Shown one piece after another: positions 36,757 to 45,011 of a DNA stretch of 62,144 nt. Within the stretch, counting starts at the first letter, position 1. Each line of letters opens with the position of its first letter. The notes below the pieces were generated by a model. That model worked only from the letters and a program-made list of their open reading frames with translations. It did no database searches and was not told the DNA's origin. The stretch is from a phage: the sequence record PX021331.1; one strand, written 5' to 3'. Position numbers and translations under genes: made by a program.

Positions 36757-37147
36757 TGGATTTCTCCGCTTCAATAGCAGCTTTAATGTCACGCAGTGCG
36801 CGGATTTCATGTGCAATATATCCGTCACTGTCAGCTACTGTTTTGTTTTCAAGGATTTGGATAAGCGTATCAACATGTGTTGACATCATATCCGCAAGGT
36901 TGGAATGACCTTTGTAAATGTCTTTCCCACTAATGCGATTATACAACGCAGCCGACGCTGATTGGTACTCCGGCCAGTCATTGGCGATAAAGATACCTTC
37001 GATAACACCTTTGCCCTCGGCCACACGGCCCAGCACAACGATGTCAGTCAGGTCTTCGATCGCTTCACGCTGGTCGCGGGTAAGGTACTGTTTCACGTCC
37101 GCGTGTTTCAGCACCAGATAACGGTTCTCGAAACGTTTGTCACGCAT
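36746..37147 (-). CDS. hypothetical protein inside the deazaguanine cluster
   Basis: 133 aa from internal ATG with GGAG upstream; overlaps queD start by ~10 nt. Confidence 0.5.
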   Translation of the reverse strand: MRDKRFENRYLVLKHADVKQYLTRDQREAIEDLTDIVVLGRVAEGKGVIEGIFIANDWPEYQSASAALYNRISGKDIYKGHSNLADMMSTHVDTLIQILENKTVADSDGYIAHEIRALRDIKAAIEAEKSNAV

Positions 37148-37406
37148 TTGCTTGCTCCATAAATTCACGATATTTGCGGACGCACTCGTCTTTACTACGG
37201 GACGCAAAACAGCGCCAACCGTTGTCCAGCTTGTACGACCAGTAAAAGGCGCCAAAGCGTTTTTTCATCTGCTTAGTTACGCAGACGCTCTGTTTCAGCA
37301 TTGGGTTTTGAGACTTGATAAAGGCAGCACGTTCAGCGGCAGGTAACATCTCATAGGCCTCCTTCTGCATACTGGCATAAACCATCTCACGAAAGTTCGG
37401 TTTCAT
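37140..37406 (-). CDS. hypothetical protein inside the deazaguanine cluster
   Basis: 88 aa from internal ATG with AGGAG upstream; basic C-terminus. Confidence 0.5.
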   Translation of the reverse strand: MKPNFREMVYASMQKEAYEMLPAAERAAFIKSQNPMLKQSVCVTKQMKKRFGAFYWSYKLDNGWRCFASRSKDECVRKYREFMEQANA

Positions 37407-37437
37407 AGGTCTCTCCTGGACGTCCCTGTCCGCGGTG

Positions 37438-38853
37438 TTAGTCATTCAGATAATTAATTACTTCTGCTGCGTTATTAATACTAAACGCAGTCTTACGCAT
37501 CATGCAAGGGCCGCACGTACCGCAATGCAGATCGCCGTTCTTGTAACAGCTCCACGTATGGGCCAACGGTGCTCCCTGCTCGAGCCCCAGGGCCACGATC
37601 TCGTGCTTCATTAAGTTACCCACGGGCATGAGCACCCGCACGCGCTTGCCGTCGCCTACAGCGAACGGTAATATCGCATTAAAGCGGTTAACGAACTCGG
37701 GTTCGTTATCGGGGTAGGCGCCCGCTTCTTCCAGGTTGTTACCCAGCACGATATAATCAAACCCTTTCGCTTCTGCGTAGGCAGTGGCGACAGACAGCAT
37801 AACAAGGTTACGAGCAGGAACCCACTCATGAGCGAACTCCGCACCGGCTTCACCTCCGGCGATGGTGGAATTGTGGTCAAAGAGGGGACTATCTGTTGGA
37901 TCGTAAATGGGAATCGGGAAAAGGACAAGCGGCACCCCCATCTCTTCAGAGATTTCTTTAATCGCTTTCAGCTCGTGCTCTTCAGCACGGCAACCATATT
38001 GGAAGTTAATCAGAGTGACGTCCATACCCTGATTCTTACACACCTGCGCGGCAACGGTGCTATCCAGCCCACCACTGGCGACGACCAGTGCGCGAGGTGC
38101 GCGGGCTTCACCGTGACTAAAAAGGCTGACGCGATGGTTGCTGGAGCTGTACTTGTCGATCAGTTGACAGGTGTAAGGCTCTTGCATGTAAGGAACGCAG
38201 TTATGCGGAAGCATACTGCGCTCACTTGCTAACCACATACCTGAGTCGTTCTTACCAATCCAGATCGGACGGTAGTTGCACGCAGTGAAGATCACACCTT
38301 TAAAGGATTCATGCGTCGCCAGGATTGCGTAGCTACCTTTCAGCTCTTCAATAACACCGATAAAGATCCCGTAGGCTTCGTCCAGTGTGCGGATACCGTC
38401 TTCCGGTTCGCGCTTGGCTAACATCTCAACGATCGCAGAGCTATCAATAGCCGTTTCCAGTTTATTGGTGCGCAGCTCTTTATCATTGGCGATAGTACCG
38501 TTATGCACGATTGCCCACTTGCCCATGACATACGGTTGCTGATCGTACCCGTGTTTTTCTTTCACCCATTCGGTAGTCGGTTCAGCGCGGGCATTACCGA
38601 TCATTGTGAGCTCTTCACGGTGGATGGTTGCGTGCGTAACGATGTCGTTAATGGTTTCGTTATGCAGGTAAGAACCAGCTTTTTCCGTTGTCATGCACTG
38701 ATATGACACGTAAGGCGCTGGCAGATGGGTGATACGCGCACCAATACCATCGCGTCCGCGGTTGACAGCGTTGCGAACCATGTCGTCAACCATAACACGC
38801 AGGCGTTCTTTATCTACAACGCCGTTAGTAACAAATCCGAAGATTGAACACAT
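37438..38853 (-). CDS. queC: glutamine amidotransferase-QueC fusion (Gat-QueC)
   Basis: 471 aa; N-terminal MCSIFG (class II Ntn glutaminase, Cys2), central PP-loop ALVVASGGLDSTV, C-terminal zinc cluster CYKNGDLHCGTCGPC as in QueC. Confidence 0.8.
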   Translation of the reverse strand: MCSIFGFVTNGVVDKERLRVMVDDMVRNAVNRGRDGIGARITHLPAPYVSYQCMTTEKAGSYLHNETINDIVTHATIHREELTMIGNARAEPTTEWVKEKHGYDQQPYVMGKWAIVHNGTIANDKELRTNKLETAIDSSAIVEMLAKREPEDGIRTLDEAYGIFIGVIEELKGSYAILATHESFKGVIFTACNYRPIWIGKNDSGMWLASERSMLPHNCVPYMQEPYTCQLIDKYSSSNHRVSLFSHGEARAPRALVVASGGLDSTVAAQVCKNQGMDVTLINFQYGCRAEEHELKAIKEISEEMGVPLVLFPIPIYDPTDSPLFDHNSTIAGGEAGAEFAHEWVPARNLVMLSVATAYAEAKGFDYIVLGNNLEEAGAYPDNEPEFVNRFNAILPFAVGDGKRVRVLMPVGNLMKHEIVALGLEQGAPLAHTWSCYKNGDLHCGTCGPCMMRKTAFSINNAAEVINYLND

Positions 38854-39182
38854 TAGTTAATTCCTTCATCTGGTGAATACGGACGCCACTGAACAATTGC
38901 ATTGCGCGGCGGTGTCACAGTGGGGTTGTAGACCAGTTTAACACGGGCGTCGTTGACATTGCTATTACGGATCGTGGAACCATCCTGCAAGCGCAGATCA
39001 ACCGTGTAACCGGCGCGAAGCACTTTGAGCATCGCAAGAATCGACTCTTCCTGGCCCAGGATATCTTTCTTGTGTACTACGCATACAGAGCCAAGGAATA
39101 AGCGCTTGCGCTCGACATCAGTAAACAGCTCTTCAACGATCTCAATTGATCGTTTAGGGCATGGAGAGAACGGCGTATACAT
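38853..39182 (-). CDS. hypothetical protein between queE and gat-queC
   Basis: 110 aa from internal ATG with AGAGGTGG upstream; start abuts queE stop. Confidence 0.5.
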   Translation of the reverse strand: MYTPFSPCPKRSIEIVEELFTDVERKRLFLGSVCVVHKKDILGQEESILAMLKVLRAGYTVDLRLQDGSTIRNSNVNDARVKLVYNPTVTPPRNAIVQWRPYSPDEGIN

Positions 39183-39883
39183 TATTCCACCTCTAAGTAT
39201 TTGTGAACCTGCAATTGCACAATATACCCGTGGAACTGGCATGAAGCAACAACCGCCTGAATATTTCGTTTGTTAGCCGCCGGGTCTTGCTCGTCCATTG
39301 GTTGCAGGTAAATCGGGCCACGGTAATGAGCGGGCGGACGGGCGATGTGTGGTGTAGCGCGGTGCATAAGCGCCTGCAACGGTAAACCGTCTTCCTCGCG
39401 CATGTTGCCGGCCTGTAGCACGTATTTAAAGGCGTTTGCGCGGGCTGCTACGCTGGGATGGATCTTAGCTGCTTTTGGACTGCAAACGACGGTCGCTTCA
39501 TGGTGAAGCTCCAGCGGGATCTGCATGGTGCCGTTCGTTTCAATTTGCACCTTCAACCCTTTAATATCGATCAACCAGTTAATCAGTTGAACGACTTCAG
39601 GTTGACGGAACGGCTCGCCACCAGTGATAACGATCAAGCTCGTTTTCGCTTCACCTGTTACGCGCACAACTTCGTCCCAGATTTGATAGTGCATCATGCG
39701 CTGGCGGCCTTTAGTGTATTCCGTATCACAACCAGGACACTGAAGGTTGCAGCCAGCTAAACGGATGAACACGGCGGGGTGACCACAGTACGGGCCTTCA
39801 CCTTGGATCGTGTGGAAAATGGAATGAACATCCAAATGACGGTCACGATCAATCTTCTCAGGTTCCTGAGTATTTAGTTTCAT
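39182..39883 (-). CDS. queE: 7-carboxy-7-deazaguanine synthase (radical SAM, QueE-like)
   Basis: 233 aa from internal ATG; CNLQCPGC (CxxxCxxC) cluster and ITGGEPF motif. Confidence 0.75.
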   Translation of the reverse strand: MKLNTQEPEKIDRDRHLDVHSIFHTIQGEGPYCGHPAVFIRLAGCNLQCPGCDTEYTKGRQRMMHYQIWDEVVRVTGEAKTSLIVITGGEPFRQPEVVQLINWLIDIKGLKVQIETNGTMQIPLELHHEATVVCSPKAAKIHPSVAARANAFKYVLQAGNMREEDGLPLQALMHRATPHIARPPAHYRGPIYLQPMDEQDPAANKRNIQAVVASCQFHGYIVQLQVHKYLEVE

Positions 39884-39960
39884 AGTGTGTTCTCTGTGAA
39901 TGATGCGTAATGCTTGAAGGTATGACAAATGAAGGATAGCGGACATATGAACCTCGGGGT

Positions 39961-39991
39961 AAAGATAACAAAGGGGCCGTTAAGACCCCTT
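39961..39991 (-). terminator. rho-independent terminator for the Ala/Lys-rich gene (stem AAGGGG/CCCCTT)
   Basis: Hairpin 25-50 nt downstream of the stop at 40015, followed on the minus strand by a T-rich run. Confidence 0.5.
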
Positions 39992-40014
39992 CTGAGTTGC
40001 CGAGTTTTTACTGC

Positions 40015-40902
40015 TTACTCTGCGGACTGGTTGCCGTCCTGCGCCGTTTCAGGCTGCTGGTTTGCGCCAGCTTCCGGTGCTGGTTGGCCAGCGGTCGGAA
40101 TACTTACGCTTGCGGCCGCTGCTGCGATGTTAGCCGGAACCGGAACAGCTACACGACCGCTGATACCGTTGTATTTCTTCCAGCGAGCGTATTCAGCTTT
40201 CACGTTCGCTTCGTTCAGGCCTTTTTCCAGCGCTACCGGCAGCACGTAGGAGATCGGTGCGGTTTGACCCATCGTTGCAGAGATAGCGTCAAACAGATCC
40301 CACGCAGCGCGGCACAGGGTGCCAACGGACGGTTTACGGATACCGTTCTGCTCAGGTTCTTTCTTAGACTCGCGCTCCTGGCGTTTGCGTTCCGCTTCAG
40401 CTTCGCGGTCAGCTTTTTCCTGCGCCTTTTTAGCGTCGCGGTCTTTCTTGTCCTGCTCGGCCTGGGCTTTCTTAACTTCGCCCAGCTTGTCTTTCAGACC
40501 TTTGCCAGCGGTTTCAATCGCAGCAACCAGGCCTTCAGACTCAGTAACAGCCTGTTTCAGCGCTTCGCTGTCTTTCGCTTTGCGACCGGCAGCTTTAACA
40601 ACTTTCAGACCGTCTTTAGCGGTTTTCAGGTTGTCAGCTACAGCAGTCTGAGCGGCTTTGACGTCGTCAGCGGTAGAAGTTTCGTTCAGCGCACCGATCA
40701 CAGCGTCAACGTTGCCTTTAGCAGCGGTGATGGAGTTGTAACCGTTAGTCGCTTCGGTGATAGCAGCCTGCTCTTTAGCAGCAGCGTCGTCTTTCGCTTT
40801 CTGCTCAGCGGCAGCTTTTTTGTCTGCTTCTGCTTTGTCAGCTGCTTTCTTTGCTGCTGCTTCAGCTGCGAGTTGCTCTTTAGTTTTTTCTTTACCAGCC
40901 AT
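40015..40902 (-). CDS. Ala/Lys/Glu-rich low-complexity protein with C-terminal globular domain
   Basis: 295 aa; first ~180 aa almost entirely A/K/E/D/Q; GGAG upstream; own promoter-like element and terminator; the opposite-strand ORF 39997..40908 is Phe/Ser/Leu-rich junk. Confidence 0.65.
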   Translation of the reverse strand: MAGKEKTKEQLAAEAAAKKAADKAEADKKAAAEQKAKDDAAAKEQAAITEATNGYNSITAAKGNVDAVIGALNETSTADDVKAAQTAVADNLKTAKDGLKVVKAAGRKAKDSEALKQAVTESEGLVAAIETAGKGLKDKLGEVKKAQAEQDKKDRDAKKAQEKADREAEAERKRQERESKKEPEQNGIRKPSVGTLCRAAWDLFDAISATMGQTAPISYVLPVALEKGLNEANVKAEYARWKKYNGISGRVAVPVPANIAAAAASVSIPTAGQPAPEAGANQQPETAQDGNQSAE

Positions 40903-40958
40903 TTGTAACGCTCCGTTTAGTCAGTTTGGGTGTCAGTGAACTGCTTTAATGTGTTTGC

Positions 40959-40987
40959 AGCATAGCTAATCATAAGCTGATACGCAA
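40959..40987 (-). promoter_or_regulatory. candidate sigma70-type promoter (TTGCGT-17-TATGCT) for the Ala/Lys-rich gene
   Basis: Hexamers read on the minus strand in the 100-nt gap upstream of 40902. Confidence 0.3.
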
Positions 40988-41002
40988 CTATTTAAAAGAC
41001 GA

Positions 41003-41737
41003 TTATACAATTCGCTCTTTCTGCCATGCCCCGAGCGTGTTGCTGGATGTATTACGCTTCACACCTTGCGCTTCCAATGCGTTCATAATCTCCTTACGCA
41101 GAGCGAGAACAACTTTCGGGTCTGTAGGTTTACCAGCAGCTTCCCACATATTGTCCGCAACCTCGAAGATAACGTCGCGTGTGCCGCTTGCGCGCGGCGC
41201 TGTACTGCGTTCGCCGCTGCTCGGTGCTGCTGTACTGCTGGTATCCCTGCCAGGCCTCCAAGCCGGCTGGGTGCCCGGTGTCACGGGTACGGGCGCTCCC
41301 GCCTCAATGGCAGACTCTCCAGCGTGATCTGGTAGGGTTTTGAAGAAAGGAGCCTCGCCATCATGCACAATAGGATAAGGAGCGGAACTGCTATACAAGC
41401 AAGAACCTTGCCTATCAGAGTCAATAGCCCACTGGGCTTGTGAATCACTATTCTCACCAATTTGTGTCTCCTGCATTTTGTTGAAGTAGTAGACCAGGAT
41501 TTGACATACCACATTACGCGCGTAACCTGCGCCGTCCATGTTTCCGGTCGTGTTGATGTACAGGAGCTGAAGCTGGGTATCGTCGAACTCACTTTTAAAT
41601 GCGTCCGGTTCCAGCGGCAGCACAATAGAGCACTCGCTACAGGTCAAGATCCCGTAGTCGTGCAACCGTTGCCAGTTAGGGTGCTTGGCGAGGGCACGCA
41701 TATTATCGCCATCAATTAGAATGTACATTATCACCAT
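41003..41737 (-). CDS. hypothetical protein
   Basis: 244-aa ORF; N-terminal domain, Ser/Thr/Pro-rich linker, helical C-terminus; alternative start 41728. Confidence 0.6.
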   Translation of the reverse strand: MVIMYILIDGDNMRALAKHPNWQRLHDYGILTCSECSIVLPLEPDAFKSEFDDTQLQLLYINTTGNMDGAGYARNVVCQILVYYFNKMQETQIGENSDSQAQWAIDSDRQGSCLYSSSAPYPIVHDGEAPFFKTLPDHAGESAIEAGAPVPVTPGTQPAWRPGRDTSSTAAPSSGERSTAPRASGTRDVIFEVADNMWEAAGKPTDPKVVLALRKEIMNALEAQGVKRNTSSNTLGAWQKERIV

Positions 41738-41970
41738 CCATTACATTCGTGAGCCATAGCCCAGATTTCGTCGTACGGATCAAAGTCACCATCGTCGCTT
41801 GAAGGCATGTACGCGACTTGTGATTCGTGGAACACTGCAACCCCGTGAACGAAGCGGCGAGCCTTCTCACCTTTTAGAACTCCAAAGTTAAGCTCTCGCC
41901 ACTGCCGAAACGTGCGCCACTGGCCTTCCTCTGGAGTGTGGTCATCAGCTCTAAATGTTATCTTTGCCAT
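41731..41970 (-). CDS. hypothetical protein
   Basis: 79-aa ORF overlapping the downstream gene start. Confidence 0.55.
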   Translation of the reverse strand: MAKITFRADDHTPEEGQWRTFRQWRELNFGVLKGEKARRFVHGVAVFHESQVAYMPSSDDGDFDPYDEIWAMAHECNGW

Positions 41971-41978
41971 ACGTTACC

Positions 41979-43994
41979 TCAAAACGGGATGTCGTCATCA
42001 AAGTCCATAGGCACTGGTTCACCTTTACCATTTAGCATATGGGTATTGGCGTTGAACTGCAAACTGGTAGGCTTTGCAGGTTCATCATCTTCGTCGTATT
42101 TGTTGGTGTAAGTGCCAGCACTCTTGAAGACGCTATTTTCTGCAACGACTTGCACTTCAGGGACATGCTCGCTCTTCGCTTCTTTACCGAATGCTGTACC
42201 GTCGTAACATGCGTTAAGCACATCCGGGAACTTCTTAGACATGTCAACGTAGATGTGCGTTGGTACTTTCAGTTGAGCGACAACTTCCAGCGCCTGGTCA
42301 ATACTGGTAGGAACGGGCATCGTAGTATGCTCACGCCACCAGCGACGCGCCTTGTTACCAGCGAATCCATCATGCAGTAAACAAATCCATTGGCTGATAG
42401 CGCGACCGTTGTTTCCGTCTACATGGTAGTCGACACGCAGTGTAGGCGGTTTGCTTGCGTCCCCTCTGTTGTAGTGCGCATAGTAGCTCACCAGGCTAAC
42501 GCGGAACACCTCAGTCACCGGAAGGTCATTCTTGATAATCTGTTTGGTACTTGCGCTGGCCATAAGTTTCTTCTCGAACGTAAACTCATGTCCGCAGAAG
42601 TCTTTTGCGGTAGCAATACCGTTCTTACCGCGCACGAAGTACCCGCGCAGGATAAGCTCGTTAACCTCACCGAAGGTCATGCCAGTTGTGTCGATAGGAG
42701 GTAGACCCCCACAATAACGGACTGACGCATGGTTCCACGATGAGCAGGTTGGGCACATCTTAACAGGTGCGGTGGACTTGCCTTTCTGCCCTGGACGCTT
42801 AGGCATAACAGGGTCGTTGATTGGGCCAAGGCGGCGGGTGTTACCGGAATAGTCCAGTACCAGACAGTTCTGCTTGTGTGACGCGGCTATGGCTTGCAGA
42901 CGGCCAGCAGTAGTAGACAGGTCAAACCCATCAGCATAGTCTGGGCGAGTCCCACGGCCAAGAATCTGTACCCACAACCGTGAGGATTCAGACGGTCTAA
43001 GAACGACGATAAGATCCAGGCCAGGATGGTCAAAGCCAGTAGTGAGAACGTTGTTGTTGACAACGGCGGTGATCCTTCCAGACTTAAAATCATTTATTAT
43101 TGTATCTCGTTCTTTCTTCGGGGTGTCCCCCGTCACCATTGCGCAGCTAACGCCGTGCATCTTCAGCACGCGGATAATATCTTTACAGTGCTCAACACCA
43201 GACCCAAAGATCAACCAGGATTCGCGGTTGTCCTCGCGTGCAATGTTAATCGCGTCTTCAACAAGGTACTCAGTAACCTCAGGATTGTTAACAACCTTCT
43301 GAAGCTCACTCTCAATGAATTCACCTCCGCGCTTATGTACACCGCTGACATCCAATTCTTTCTTTGTTGCCTTTGGTACTACCGGCAGCAGGTAGCCTTC
43401 ATTAATGAACCAGTTGAAGCATTCCATCGTACAAGCGTCAAACACAATTTCATCAAACATTGCGTTAGGCGCGTCATCATCCTTAACGATAGAACCGTAA
43501 CCAAGACGCCAACCTGTTGCAGTTAAGCCGATTACTTTCAAGTGTGGGTTATGCTTACGAATCTCAGCAAAGAACTTTTGATAGCTGGTCTGCTGGTTAG
43601 GACTGATCAGGTCACATTCGTCAACGATAATAATATCAACGTCTTTGAATGCTTCCGCTTTCTTAGCGACAGACTGGATGCCCGCAAATGTAATCATTGC
43701 GTTAACATCTTTACGACCGATGCCCGCGCTGTAAATACCAGCAGGAGCACCGGGCCACAGCTTCTGGAACTTATCATGGTTCTGCTCGATAAGCTCCTTA
43801 ACGTGTGTAACAACCATGGAGCGAACGCTGCCCCAATTTTCGTTGATGAACTTTAACAGACCTGCAATAACGAGGGACTTACCCGTACCCGTTGGCAGTT
43901 GGATGAGCGGGTTCCCCGACTTGTCACCATGCTTGATAAAATAACGAATGGTGGAGTCAACTGCTTCTTGTTGGTAGTCGCGGAGTTTAAACAT
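41979..43994 (-). CDS. SF2 (DEAD/DEAH-type) helicase
   Basis: 671 aa; motif I QLPTGTGKS, motif II DECD, motif III TATGWR; C-terminal Cys pair CPTCSSWNH. Confidence 0.75.
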   Translation of the reverse strand: MFKLRDYQQEAVDSTIRYFIKHGDKSGNPLIQLPTGTGKSLVIAGLLKFINENWGSVRSMVVTHVKELIEQNHDKFQKLWPGAPAGIYSAGIGRKDVNAMITFAGIQSVAKKAEAFKDVDIIIVDECDLISPNQQTSYQKFFAEIRKHNPHLKVIGLTATGWRLGYGSIVKDDDAPNAMFDEIVFDACTMECFNWFINEGYLLPVVPKATKKELDVSGVHKRGGEFIESELQKVVNNPEVTEYLVEDAINIAREDNRESWLIFGSGVEHCKDIIRVLKMHGVSCAMVTGDTPKKERDTIINDFKSGRITAVVNNNVLTTGFDHPGLDLIVVLRPSESSRLWVQILGRGTRPDYADGFDLSTTAGRLQAIAASHKQNCLVLDYSGNTRRLGPINDPVMPKRPGQKGKSTAPVKMCPTCSSWNHASVRYCGGLPPIDTTGMTFGEVNELILRGYFVRGKNGIATAKDFCGHEFTFEKKLMASASTKQIIKNDLPVTEVFRVSLVSYYAHYNRGDASKPPTLRVDYHVDGNNGRAISQWICLLHDGFAGNKARRWWREHTTMPVPTSIDQALEVVAQLKVPTHIYVDMSKKFPDVLNACYDGTAFGKEAKSEHVPEVQVVAENSVFKSAGTYTNKYDEDDEPAKPTSLQFNANTHMLNGKGEPVPMDFDDDIPF

Positions 43995-43999
43995 GTTTC

Positions 44000-44947
44000 T
44001 TATCCGTAGTAATCAGCGGCTTCGTATTTGTCGCAACCGGCAAGCTGATCTTCTTTACTCAGTGTGCCTTCGCTACCGTCGGTGATGGTGTTTGCGCAGA
44101 GTGCTACCTGCAAACCACATCTCCAGGTTCCGTCTTCCTGCGCATAGCTATGCTTACAGGTTCGGCAGTTTACTTCTGGCATCTCACCAAGATGGCAGAC
44201 GGGACGGTGATCGCACCATTTGCATTTCCAGAAGGTTTTATCACGGGACATCTTTGGTGGAGGTGCATCCGCAAGTACGATAACGTGTCCGCGGTCTTTA
44301 TACCGCTCTGCAACGTCACGCTCAAACGGAACAATCTCAGCCCAGAGCTCATCCGTGTTTTTGTTCACTGCAAGGTACAGCGCTGCTGGCAGACCGTAGT
44401 ACAACATATACTCTTGCATCTGAACAAAGTGTTCATATTTACTTTCACGCACACCGTCAGTCTTGAGCTTGGCAAAAGACTTGTCGTTGTGTGTTTTCAT
44501 CTCAGTAAGGATAGGTGTTGATGGAACTGGCATATCCGGGCAGCCAATGATGACGCCATCAATAGCTGAACCGAAGTGTCCGTTGAGATAGCTGATGCGA
44601 TACTGTCCGCCAGTTTCGTCTTGTTGAACAATCTGCATACCGGAAGCGAGTATGAGCGCAACGAAGCGTCCTTCCTCAAGATGCCCACGGTTGAATAAAC
44701 GGATAGTCTGTCCGCTAAACTTGGGTTTAGTAGCCCAGCGCCAACCGTAAAAGATCTTGGCAGAGCATTCATCGCCGATAAGGCTGATACCGAGGTGCGT
44801 GCGAAAGCCGCCATCGCCTTCTCGATATGCGTCCTCAATGTGTGGTAAGACTTTTCCGAGCCAAACGCGGAATGCAGATCCTTGATCTCGTTCAATACAC
44901 TCATTGAAGAGCTCCATTGTTTTTACTGCTGGATAGAAGTGTCCCAT
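44000..44947 (-). CDS. PD-(D/E)xK-type nuclease with C-terminal Cys cluster (Cas4/RecB-nuclease-like)
   Basis: 315 aa; acidic/Lys-containing core; C-terminal CKWCDHRPVCHLGEMPEVNCRTCKH...WRCG; sits in the recombination block. Confidence 0.5.
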   Translation of the reverse strand: MGHFYPAVKTMELFNECIERDQGSAFRVWLGKVLPHIEDAYREGDGGFRTHLGISLIGDECSAKIFYGWRWATKPKFSGQTIRLFNRGHLEEGRFVALILASGMQIVQQDETGGQYRISYLNGHFGSAIDGVIIGCPDMPVPSTPILTEMKTHNDKSFAKLKTDGVRESKYEHFVQMQEYMLYYGLPAALYLAVNKNTDELWAEIVPFERDVAERYKDRGHVIVLADAPPPKMSRDKTFWKCKWCDHRPVCHLGEMPEVNCRTCKHSYAQEDGTWRCGLQVALCANTITDGSEGTLSKEDQLAGCDKYEAADYYG

Positions 44948-45011
44948 GATACCCTCAGCTTAGAAAAATACAGCGCCCTGAGGCGCTGTATGTAATTGTA
45001 AGACCTTTTTA

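Noticed and set aside
39997-40908. 303-aa plus-strand ORF opposite the Ala/Lys-rich gene
   Set aside because: Phe/Ser/Leu/Cys-rich mirror of the GC-rich repeat; the minus-strand frame has the SD, promoter-like element, terminator and matches local gene orientation.
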